A program made the translations under genes and the position numbers. The notes under the pieces are model-generated. The model searched no databases, had not been told where the DNA came from, and worked only from the letters and a program-made list of their open reading frames with translations. This document shows, piece by piece, positions 26,039 to 37,453 of a stretch of DNA of 47,533 nucleotides (position 1 is the stretch's first letter; every line of letters begins with the position of its first letter). The DNA comes from Octopus bimaculoides (lineage: Eukaryota): positions 153,817,761 to 153,865,293 of the forward strand of contig NC_068983.1 in the NCBI RefSeq assembly GCF_001194135.2, in the 5' to 3' direction.

Positions 26039-27134
26039 TACAAGAGTTATTATATTTACTATCGTTTGCTTGAAGCTAACTTTCTGCCTACACCTCTATC
26101 CTTGGATTTTATATATATAAAACACTAAAAAGAATCTGAAACTGTCGAGCCCCATGTATAATTCGAAGTAAAATTAATGGTTGTCGTACTGTATGACATC
26201 AGAGGAAAATGGACTCTTCAGTTAATTTGTATGAGAATTTGAACCCTAACGAAGCAGTTGTTTTACACATTACCCATTACTACGCGGGGAATCAGCAGTA
26301 CTGTACTGCAATCAGTTAGTGCCCGTAGGTCCTGCATTGTTTTTTTATTGTCGTTGTATGGACTCAATTTTATAAGATCTAGAAAATTCAGTAATGGGCA
26401 CAATAACATAGGGCCGATATAATTATAAAATACTGGCGTAAGAACAAGTCAATGTGTCATATAACTAAGCACTTAATAAACGTTTCCGAGAAAGGAGATA
26501 GACATATTTCTAATCAAAAGATTATTAACAGTGTTTGGTTTGTCCATCACTTATTAACCAAATGTATTTGCGGTCTTGTCAATGTTTAAAATAAGTGTGT
26601 CTTTTGTTTTACCTTTATTCTTTTATTTATTTTTTTTTTTTCGTTTATAGAAACATACTGAGAAGAATTTATTGCATGGTTGCTTATATTTCTTTCTGTA
26701 TGGTGCCTTGAAAAACTTTCGTTTATCATTATAAACATGGTTTGTATCCAACCCTGACATTTAATACTGTAAATCGCACATATGTTATATGTCAACAAAG
26801 CACAATATTCTTTGCAGAGAATATTTTTTTTAATATTCTAGAAATACAAAAAGTACTGCGTTAAAAAAGAAGCCGAAAATAATAGACAAGACAAATACCT
26901 AAACAAGGAGATAGGTAATACAGACTGTATATCATGGAGATATTATAAACGGATCTAAGCTCATAATTCATCGTCAAAAATATAAATACAAGCAATATCA
27001 CATGCTTTATTTCCGGATAAACTCTTGTAAGTTTGCATAATTTTACATGACTTTGAAAAATGAGAATATGGAGGCTAAAATATTATATGTACATTCGTAT
27101 GTATACGTGTGAGTGTGTATGTGAATGAACACAT

Positions 27135-27161
27135 ATCTCTCTCTCTCTCCCCTCTCTCTCT

Positions 27162-27217
<56 letters not shown>

Positions 27218-27980
27218 NNNNNNNNNNNNNNNNNNNNNNNNNNNNNNNNNNNNNNNNNNNNNNNNNNNNNNNNNNNNNNNNNNNNNNNNNNNNNNNNNNN
27301 NNNNNNNNNNNNNNNNNNNNNNNNNNNNNNNNNNNNNNNNNNNNNNNNNNNNNNNNNNNNNNNNNNNNNNNNNNNNNNNNNNNNNNNNNNNNNNNNNNNN
27401 NNNNNNNNNNNNNNNNNNNNNNNNNNNNNNNNNNNNNNNNNNNNNNNNNNNNNNNNNNNNNNNNNNNNNNNNNNNNNNNNNNNNNNNNNNNNNNNNNNNN
27501 NNNNNNNNNNNNNNNNNNNNNNNNNNNNNNNNNNNNNNNNNNNNNNNNNNNNNNNNNNNNNNNNNNNNNNNNNNNNNNNNNNNNNNNNNNNNNNNNNNNN
27601 NNNNNNNNNNNNNNNNNNNNNNNNNNNNNNNNNNNNNNNNNNNNNNNNNNNNNNNNNNNNNNNNNNNNNNNNNNNNNNNNNNNNNNNNNNNNNNNNNNNN
27701 NNNNNNNNNNNNNNNNNNNNNNNNNNNNNNNNNNNNNNNNNNNNNNNNNNNNNNNNNNNNNNNNNNNNNNNNNNNNNNNNNNNNNNNNNNNNNNNNNNNN
27801 NNNNNNNNNNNNNNNNNNNNNNNNNNNNNNNNNNNNNNNNNNNNNNNNNNNNNNNNNNNNNNNNNNNNNNNNNNNNNNNNNNNNNNNNNNNNNNNNNNNN
27901 NNNNNNNNNNNNNNNNNNNNNNNNNNNNNNNNNNNNNNNNNNNNNNNNNNNNNNNNNNNNNNNNNNNNNNNNNNNNNNNT
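27135..27980. other. (CT)n microsatellite followed by assembly gap (27218-27980)
   Basis: CT run then N bases. Confidence 0.98.
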
Positions 27981-28099
27981 ATATATATATATATGCATAT
28001 TCGTACATACGCGCGCGTACATCTATACTTAATCATCTTCATATTTGTTGATTTTTTCAGAAATGCGCGTTATGAATATAGTCGACACCGTTGCAAATT

Positions 28100-29035
28100 G
28101 TATCTTGTGTAGCTATCATTCTAAAACCCTTTGATTTTTATACAGAGAATGTGAGTCAAACCTCTACAAGTTTATGTACAAATTGGAAGGGTGATGGTCA
28201 TGTGGGACTCAACTCTCCTTCCCTCTTCATCCAACCCTACTCCTCTCGTCTTCCTACCTCTCACACCTACTTCCTCTCACACCTCTCCTCTCTTGCTCCG
28301 GCCCCTATTTCTCTTCACTACTACACTCCTTCTCTTTACTCTTTACTCCTACCCACTTTCTCCCTGCCCGCTCTCCCTTCATCGTCACCCCCTCCCTCGT
28401 AACCCCACCCCTACACAATCCAACCCGACCTTCCCTCTCCATCACAACCCACCCTACACCATCCCTTACCCCTACACCCACATACACCCCCTCTACCCCA
28501 CCCACAGCCTAACCCAAATACCTCTCTTCTATCCACACTTGCTTTCCCCACTCTCACCACCCTCCATATCCCAACAGCATCACACCACACACCATACCAC
28601 ACAACACAACATCACATAACACTACCACTCACACACTAGCACTGACTACTTTCTAGCTCCACACCATCATCCACACACCTACACATACACACACGCTTAT
28701 GTCGAGGTCACAAACGTTCTTCCACACGCATATATACGCTCTCTTATAAACACGCACGCGTACCTTTGTTTTGGGATCACCACCACTTTATTATCTCCCC
28801 CTCTTCCTAGCGCTCCTGTGTGACCCCTCTGCCCCGCATTCGCCATGGTAGATTGCTAGCCACTACACATTCTTTATTTTCTCTCCTTGTTTCTTTCTGC
28901 GTTCCTTTCTGTGGAAGAGCGTAGGCTCGAAACGTTAAAGATGTTTTCATTTCCCGAACGTTAAACTAATACATCTGTTTGTTTTCTACACAACCACTCT
29001 TCGTCTTTTCATTTTTTTTCTTGTGAATCCTCCCC
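28100..29035 (+). mobile_element. Penelope-like element 3' end (end of GIY-YIG ORF, C-rich UTR, terminal repeat region)
   Basis: RECESNLYKF...GLNSPS resembles a PLE endonuclease C-terminus. It is followed by a C-rich low-complexity tract and the terminal motif GAAGAGCGTAGGCTCGAAACG, and ends in (TA)n. Confidence 0.5.
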
Positions 29036-29068
<33 letters not shown>

Positions 29069-29616
29069 NNNNNNNNNNNNNNNNNNNNNNNNNNNNNNNN
29101 NNNNNNNNNNNNNNNNNNNNNNNNNNNNNNNNNNNNNNNNNNNNNNNNNNNNNNNNNNNNNNNNNNNNNNNNNNNNNNNNNNNNNNNNNNNNNNNNNNNN
29201 NNNNNNNNNNNNNNNNNNNNNNNNNNNNNNNNNNNNNNNNNNNNNNNNNNNNNNNNNNNNNNNNNNNNNNNNNNNNNNNNNNNNNNNNNNNNNNNNNNNN
29301 NNNNNNNNNNNNNNNNNNNNNNNNNNNNNNNNNNNNNNNNNNNNNNNNNNNNNNNNNNNNNNNNNNNNNNNNNNNNNNNNNNNNNNNNNNNNNNNNNNNN
29401 NNNNNNNNNNNNNNNNNNNNNNNNNNNNNNNNNNNNNNNNNNNNNNNNNNNNNNNNNNNNNNNNNNNNNNNNNNNNNNNNNNNNNNNNNNNNNNNNNNNN
29501 NNNNNNNNNNNNNNNNNNNNNNNNNNNNNNNNNNNNNNNNNNNNNNNNNNNNNNNNNNNNNNNNNNNNNNNNNNNNNNNNNNNNNNNNNNNNNNNNNNNN
29601 NNNNNNNNNNNNNNNA
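29069..29616. other. Assembly gap (N run)
   Basis: N bases flanked by (TA)n. Confidence 0.99.
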
Positions 29617-29699
29617 TATATACATATATATATATATGGCATCAGTTTCACAGACACCCATTCTTATTTCTTCTGCTTACAATACAAAATTTATAAATT

Positions 29700-30460
29700 A
29701 TACTGTATTCTACAGTAAGACTTAGGTGCCACATATAAATGTGCTGCAGAAAACATCATGTTATTTAATTCCATTTTCTCATTTATCACCCAATATGCGC
29801 AACAAAGATACTTCGGGTCAAAAAGAGCGGCAATCCTAGAGTCAAACACCGTAAGTGATCTCAGCATTGATATGCGCGACAACACCTCATTTCATGTAAT
29901 ATCACCAGCTGGCGGTTGCTCAAGGGGCCAGAATACTATGCTGGTTCTGTGGAGCACATTTTACCTCATTCGTGTAGACTTCTCATCTCAATTTGAGGTC
30001 ACCCTACAATATCAAATTAATAACGTAGCTTGAGGCAGTTCGGTAGTGTTACACCAGGTAAATCAGTGGAACAGCTGAGTTCTTGTGAGAGATTGAACGA
30101 ATTATTACTCGACTCTTTAAAGCGATGAGGGGAGAAATATGCGGTGACATACATATGGGAGACTTTGGCATCGTGATTGATAACAGCCCAAAACCTCAGA
30201 GTAGACGTCACTTCCCTCTCCAAATGCCCTACTAATCCGATCTAGAGTGAAGACCAGGTACTGCAACAGCTTGGGATTCAAAGGACCACAATTATTTAAT
30301 ATTTTGCCAAATAATCTTAGAAATCTACATAGATTGGTGGTAGATGTTTTTCAAGAAACAACTTAATTTCTGCCTGACCAAGGTCCCATATAGACGGCAA
30401 GAAATTCAAAAGAAAGCAGCAATACTAAACTTCCTCCCTCACTAAATGCTAAGCACAAAT
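29700..30460 (+). mobile_element. CR1-like LINE ORF2 3' fragment
   Basis: VSDLSIDMRDNTSFHV (VRDLGI..S.D.SF), WSTFYLIRVDFSSQ (L.RLDYCSQ), ERLNELLLDSLKR*GEKYAVTYIW, SRVKTRYCNSLGFKGPQLFNILP. Confidence 0.8.
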
Positions 30461-30522
30461 GAATGGCAACTGAAAAGGTAATAATACTGGCAGTGAGTGT
30501 AGAGATTAAAGTTGTTGTTGAC

Positions 30523-31110
30523 ATGGAAGTCAGGAAACCATTTGAATACTCAAAAAGAATTACCATTGACGTCATGATTCGTGTCAAGTAACACAACGAC
30601 GACATCATAACGGATGTTCAATACTCTTTGAACACTGTAAAAGCTGTGAGATGTGCCATAAATAGCTGCATCGCAGACTACAAAGCCGTGGCCGAGAGGA
30701 TGGGACACAGCAGGCCTATCTGACTACATCTGCTTGCCAGAATCCTCACATATTTTAATTGCGCGCCGGGCTCACGTCAGACAGTTATATGAAGTTGTCG
30801 GGGACTAATCAATCGCTGGCAAGATACACGTGTGATAGAGGTTCATGTGTAGCACTAGGGCTCGGCTCGGCTCTTTGACATACCTCCAGAAAATCTCATA
30901 AGTTCTCTGGAAATTTTTACGACTCCACTAGTGCCAATTTCTGGCCTCCTAATTCCCTTCATTGTAATCCCATGGACCACTGCATATGGAGGACAGTTGA
31001 GAAAGACACCGTCCAATCTACCTGCAACACCAGAGCCAAATTGACGGCCGAGTCCAAGGAGATGTATGCAGGTACTGATAATGAGGTACTGCTGGGTTTA
31101 TGCCTAAGTC
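30523..31110 (+). mobile_element. Internally deleted maT/DD37D-like (Tc1/mariner superfamily) transposase relic
   Basis: N-terminus MEVRKPFEYSKR..VMIR...DYKAVAERMGHSR, then DSA.*HTSRKS...NFYDSTSANFWPPNSLHCNPMDHCIWRTVEKDT (WPPNSPDxNPxD motif at 30942). Most of the catalytic N-terminal half is missing. Confidence 0.75.
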
Positions 31111-31189
31111 TAAAGGACGAAAGATGATTATACAAGTTTTCATGTTTACTGAACACCTGATATAAATAAAGTTATTAGTTTCTGTCAGT

Positions 31190-31207
31190 AGTGCACACAC
31201 ACACACA

Positions 31208-31256
<49 letters not shown>

Positions 31257-31266
31257 NNNNNNNNNN

Positions 31267-31310
<44 letters not shown>
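31190..31310. repeat. (CA)n, gap (31257-31266), (TA)n
   Basis: Dinucleotide runs around a 10-nt N run. Confidence 0.97.
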
Positions 31311-31912
31311 ACATTTCCTGCTAAGCACAGACCTAATAGCGGCAGTGGGATCTTTCTCTACAATTACAACTGAGATTATTATAGTTAGTATTTCTAATCC
31401 TTTTATTCGTGTTTATAGCGTCATCATTCGCGGTACTGTTCAAATACATAGAAGTATTATTAAGGGTTATGTTGCTATTACTCGAGTTATTCTAATTGGC
31501 ATTATTAGTTATATTTATGCTTACCTATCTATTCTAATTGTATCATTAGATGTCCTCCAAACCAACATATAATAGTTGCATGTGGGATAGTTTTGAAGTA
31601 TCATCTGTAGTTTATCGGCTCCATTACCATTAACTATGTTGTATGCATTGCTGGTTGAGGTTGGGTCGTCGGTACTAACAGTGGTGCTATTGATATTTAC
31701 ATACTTACGGTCATTGGAATTGTTACTAGGGGTTAATCTACAAATATCGTTATAAATGTCAATCCCGCTGGCTAAGATTATATTTTTTCTGTTCAAGCGA
31801 GGTGTAATTGCACCTTGATTTGGTAGGGTGGGGGATGAGACTCTCACTCTCCCACAGGAGAAGCGTGTGCTATATTTAGTGCGAGGTTTTTCTCCAAGAC
31901 TGCTAGACATTT

Positions 31913-31966
<54 letters not shown>

Positions 31967-32700
31967 GATATTGTGCAATTGAAATGAAGACTATACCAGA
32001 CTGTAGAATTATTCTTTGTATTCCTATGCTTTATGAAAGTAGTCCCCTTCTTATCTCTCGAGTCTCTAGTCAGGTTACTAATGACGATATTCCTATCAGT
32101 ATTAAATCATTTCTAGTATTGACTCTATTCCTCCCGTCATACTTCTTTATTTCAAAAGGATTATTATGGTCATTTATACTAAATCTACATGTCAGGTTAG
32201 ACGAGCTAGTGGTCTCTTTGGCGTTCTGATTATTTTTTATTATATTTAGCGGATTCCAAACTATCTGAGTTAAGGAATGCAATCTCTTGATTATATTCCT
32301 TCTTCAATAGAGCAGAGTTATGGATGTGAGAATGTGAGTTAAATATATCAATATTAGCCGACAATTGCATAATTCTCTTCGGAATTCCTGTTACTAAGGA
32401 TTTTATTACACTTGTTGGGTGATTAGCTTATTTGTTCATATACTTGGTAACCTCATCTGGTTTTCTACAGAGGTAGTATAAACCAGAGTTCAGATTTAGT
32501 GTAGTATCTAAGAATTTAACTAGCTTAGTGTCGTATTCGAAAGTGAGCCTTAGGTTAAAGTTTTTGACAAATTTTCTGATTTTGTTCCGCATTCTTTGTT
32601 TGACAGTCTTATTGTTACTAGGTATAATGAATACTGCGTCATCTGCATATAGACCACCCTGTAGTTCAGGGAATTCCCTACTAAGAATCTGCACTTCAAA
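31311..32700 (-). mobile_element. Penelope-like element: RT core, linker and start of GIY-YIG region; disrupted
   Basis: REFPELQGGLYADDAVFII (YADD at 32638-32649), KFLDTTLNLNSGLY..RKPD, KPRTKYSTR..SSPTLPNQG, an Asn/Thr-rich linker, then SCNCRERSHC.PLLGLCLAGNVTY truncated by (TA)n. A second (TA)n lies at 31915-31960. Confidence 0.85.
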
Positions 32701-32702
32701 AC

Positions 32703-33572
32703 TTTTATAGAAAGCATTTATGTATGTTAATATAAAGTGCACGTCTGAACAACCAAGAGTGGATCTCTTCACTAAGTTGGGTCGTGTTATCTGCATACAC
32801 TGCAGAATATCAAGTGCAAACACTTCTACACAGAGTTTGATATTCCTGTCCTTATCTCTTCCAACTTCTTTCTTTGCCATCAGGTATCACCCCTTCTTTT
32901 ACCTCCCCAAGCCTTACCCTTTAGTGTAGACAAAGGTGGATATAAGTTTCTAGTACTTAGATAGCTTAGTAGGTTGTCATGATATGAGTTAATTTATCAT
33001 CATACAGCTACAACTCCCAAAAGATTTAATTTTGGATGATTGAAGACAACATTCCCCCTAGTATCTTCGAAGTGTAGGTAACTAGGTCACTACACTCAAT
33101 TATTCTTCCCCTTACACTATATTCTCTACTAACCTCTAAATTCTAGTAGATTCGGCACTACATAGATTAAATTTCTAAACTTATTCTGCTAAAGATATAG
33201 TAGCAATATCAATGTAAATATTTGAGCTCCGTTGCTAATACGAATATGTTAAAGCAGTTGGTTTGTCTTTTAGGTTTGAAGTCTATGCAGTTATCTGACG
33301 AAAACGGTTTCTTTGCAATGTTGTAATGTTTTCATTAATCAATGAAAGGAGTCACTTGAAACGTCCGTAAGGAATTGACACCTGTACATCTTTGTTACTC
33401 ATTTATATTTTATTCAACTACCGTGGAATTTTGTAGAAAGATTTTTTGTAATTTTATATTAAGTATATGTCTGAGCAACCACGAGCAGATATCTTCACTT
33501 AGTTGGGTCGTTTTATCTGCACACACTGCAAGAATATCAAATACAAACACTACTGTACAATGTTTGATATTC
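32703..33572. repeat. ~144-bp direct repeat pair (32703-32845 and 33429-33572), possibly PLE pseudo-LTRs
   Basis: Shared core TCTTCACT(A/T)AGTTGGGTCGT(G/T)TTATCTGCA(T/C)ACACTGC..AGAATATCAA..CAAACAC..GTTTGATATTC. Confidence 0.8.
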
Positions 33573-33649
33573 ACCGGATATGTTGTGGGTGTGAAAATTA
33601 AATCAACCTGACAAGGTGCCTCAATTTAAGCACCCAGGTCAACCGAGTA

Positions 33650-33666
33650 TTTATTATATATATATT

Positions 33667-33729
<63 letters not shown>

Positions 33730-33730
33730 A
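33650..33730. repeat. (TA)n(TG)n microsatellite
   Basis: Dinucleotide runs. Confidence 0.97.
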
Positions 33731-36154
33731 CAGTATAACAATGTATGAACCAGTACTGAATGCCTCAGGATATAATTTTATGACAACATCAACCATTGGA
33801 GTTCATTATTAGGCAGGAATTACAACCGGATATGAATTCATATTTTTGAGGCAAAAATATAATTATAAGAATGACTGGTTGCACTTGTCGCGAGATCAAT
33901 TATCTCTTCAATCTTTCCCATTTATTTGTATGTCAAATCTCTCCCCGTAATAGGTAAGGAACAAAAACTAAATTTACACAAGAATGTCCTTGCATCGTTC
34001 AAAATATAGAATAAAAGTAGTACAATTCTGTGAATCTAGCACATCATCAACATTTCATATCTATACTGGTAGTCACTGAACTAATTCCTTCAAGTTTCAA
34101 TCGTTGTGTTTACAACACCGTAAAGCTTCTATCAAAGCTAGTTTTCAGAAGAAATATTGTACTGCACTAAATGAATATAACATCGATATATCGTTGGCAA
34201 TTTCCTGTACTTGAATCGATTTCAAAATTTGAATGTTGCTAGTCAAAGCAACAGTGTAGGCTTTAAAATACGCGCAAATAATATTTCTCATATAAATAAG
34301 GGATAGTTGTGCGTGGAAATATTTTTTATTGCGTTTGCTCTATCAGTATTCACCTTGAAATAAATAAACAACATATCATCTACCATAAACCAAACATAAC
34401 AATTTGCACACAAACAAAATCGACGCAGAGTATTTAATATCAAGAATGGTAGGTATAAAATGGAATATTGAATAGTTATTAAAACAGACATGATAGAAAT
34501 ACTGACGACATTTTACTTTCTGATATCAAATGTTCGAATTTTCATTTATTTTCAGCATTTCGCTTTTAATCTTGAACTGACTCTTGATATCAAATGGTTT
34601 CCCAAAGATAAAATTTCAGTTAATGCTAAAAGTCACCATTATATTTATTTCTATTCAATTGGTTCTAGATACCCAAACATTTTACTTATTACGCTAAGAG
34701 AATTGTTACAAAAGTTTTATAAATGCTTCCAAAAGTCCCTTCAATTTATATGAAAGCAATAGTGACCTAGGAATCCTTCAATGGGAAATCTGAATATTAT
34801 TCTATGTTATCTTGCGGCAAGTTTACTTGATTTGATGCAATTTCCCAAATCTAATGTGAACTTCCAGCAAAATAAACTGTAAAATTTCTCAACGAAAACG
34901 CCAGAGATGAATATTAAGAAACAGACTAAGATGGTAATTCAAATTTTAAACTTTCACAAATGAGTAACAAGTCCACTGTACACAACCATTTGGGATTTAG
35001 ATATTAAAGGCATTAAATTCCATTTTCTTGTTCTCAGTTACCTTACAGGTCAGTGACAGCAATCAGATTTCCAGAAATATATGTGACACTTAAGGGAATT
35101 GTTTCCAGGAAAATAAGTAAATCACACATTTTTGTCATGAAACTGCAGTTAAACAGATCTTGAAAACTCTTTGAAACTATATTCTTAGCTTTTTGTCGGG
35201 GTTTCATCAATGGTTCATCAGCAAAATCATTGCATCGTGATATTTATTAACATGCCTTTACTTTGTTCTTTCAAACTCCGACATCATTACCTACACTACT
35301 ATTTATGCGTATGCTGGAAAGTAATAAGGAAATTACAATGTTTGAAAGATATACATCATTAACACTCTGAAATGCATAAAATCTTAGATCTCATTTGTTA
35401 TAGAAGGAAGAAATAAAAGCGAAAATTTGTTTTCGTAATCTTCATCTTTTCAAATATAGAGTAGAATAAATAATTGAATTAATATAGCAAGTGAAAGTAC
35501 ATTGGAGCAATATGGAATTGCAGTTTTCACCATATTATTTCAGAAAGCTGTGAAATTAGTTAAATTGCGTCAAATTATAATCAGTTAGAAAACACTTTCA
35601 CATCTACTCCGAGTATTGCTCAATTTCAAAATTTAAAACTGACGTTCCGAAACACTGCGAAGTAAAACTGACATAACGGAAAAAATATATTGTACATGAT
35701 ACGTTTTATGCAATGTTCCTTTGCACCTTTCAACATAATTCATTTACGCAGGCTGTAAGGAACTTAATTGCATTAATTGCTTTCACTATATGGGTTATTC
35801 TGTTTATCTTGCGACACCATACATTTATCGAATTTGGAGTTTTACCGTCTTTCATATAGATATGTAATAGTAATGAAGATATTAAATTATTTTGCTATTA
35901 GGTGGAGTATTGTTTATAAAAACACATTATATTAGGTAAAACATGGTGAAATATGGGTTTATATCCTTCTGGAATAACTTTTGTGAACTTTCAAGGAGGA
36001 AGGAAACTTTTCTGTTTCTATTCTTAAGCCGTTGGCACTTTTAATACAAGTCCAGATACCTTTCAGTATCTATAAATACAAAGAATTCAGTAAAATTTCA
36101 TACGTTGTTGTTGATGTTATCGTTATCTGTATCACCACCATTATTATCATTATA

Positions 36155-37453
36155 TTGGGTTGGGAACTAAGTTCCAGCAGTTTGTTTTAAGTCTAAACTT
36201 TTTAAAAGGTTTAATAAAAAAAAATAACAACTAATTAATCAATAATGTATCCACTCTTGTTGTTTACAACTTCTTCTCAACGTTCAACAAGATTTTCAAT
36301 ACCTCGTTGGTAGAAATCACTCGATTTCGACTCGAAAAATTGATCCAACCGAGCTCTTAATTCTGCATCAGTATTGAACGAAACTCCGCATATAGCATTT
36401 GAAAGAGATTGAAAAAAGTGGAAATCTGTCGGTGCCAAATCATGAGAGTACGGCGGCGGTGGCAGCACTTTCCAGTCATTCTTTGAATCCCTTCCTCGGT
36501 CATATTGGCGATATGAGGGCGGGCGTTGTCGTGCAGCAGAACTCCATGCAGTCGATTAGGTCTTTTCTCTTGAATAGCCGTGTTGAGCCGTTCCATCTGT
36601 TGAACATAGAGTTCCGCGTCGACCGTTTGGTTCCGTTCAAGCAATTCGTAATGGATAATCCCTTCCCAATCCCACCATACGCACAACATCGATTTACGCG
36701 GATGAAGATCTTGTTTCATGCACGGTGTCACTTGTGTATCGGGGCTAAGCCATTCCTTACGCCGCTTCATATTGATAGGCACCAATTTCCGTCGCCAGTA
36801 ACGATTCGGTAAAGAAATCATTGCTTGTTTCCATGAGTTGAGCAGTGACGAGCAAGCAAACCAGCAGAGATTGTGGCTCGTTGATTTTTTTTTTGTTTAC
36901 TTTAAAGCATGCGGAACCCATGCTGCATACTTCTGAACCTTTCCCATCGAGTGAATATGCTTCTCTGTAGCAGTGTGGGAGCATCCCATTTTCTCTGCCT
37001 GTTCTCTTGTCGTCTGACGAGAATTTTCGTTCAAAAGTTGGTTTAATCACTCTCCATCGAACTGAACTGGATAGCCAAAACGAGTTGCGTCTTCGAAGTC
37101 AAAATTTCCAGTTTTGAACTTGGCATAACAAACACGAGCGGTTCTTTCAGCTATGGCACCCTCTCCATACACAGCACAAATATCGCGAGCAGCTTTTGCG
37201 GCCTTAGAACCTTGATTAAAAGCAAAACGTAGGAGGTATCGAAAATGCACGTGTTTCTTTACTTGACATACCATTTTGATGATCTGAAAATAAACAAAAA
37301 TTAACTAAAATTAACTAGGAAAAAACAAAAACTAAATAGATTCCAAAATGTTTCAAAAATAGAATTCTCGAAAAAAATAGATTCCAAAATTTAAAAACGC
37401 AATAAATTACAAAATTAAAAAAAAACACTTCGGGAACATTTTTACCAACCCAA
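36155..37453 (-). mobile_element. Full-length mariner (mellifera-like TIR), frameshifted transposase
   Basis: TIRs TTGGGTTGGGAACTAAGTTCC and rc TTGGGTTGGTAAAAATGTTCC, both flanked by TA; 1299 bp. ATG at 37274 (MVCQVKKHVHFRYLLRFAFNQGSKAAKAARDICAVYGEG). Catalytic motifs IVTGD (36791), HDNARPH (36528) and YSHDLAPTDF (36424); D2-D3 are 104 nt apart, i.e. D34D with a 1-nt deletion. Confidence 0.96.

Noticed and set aside
26209-26319. Short ORF with a YENL motif (MDSSVNLYENLNPNE...)
   Set aside because: 36 codons, weak acceptor, no homology; compatible with chance.
28191-28619. Pro/His-rich ORFs
   Set aside because: C-rich low-complexity UTR of the Penelope-like fragment.
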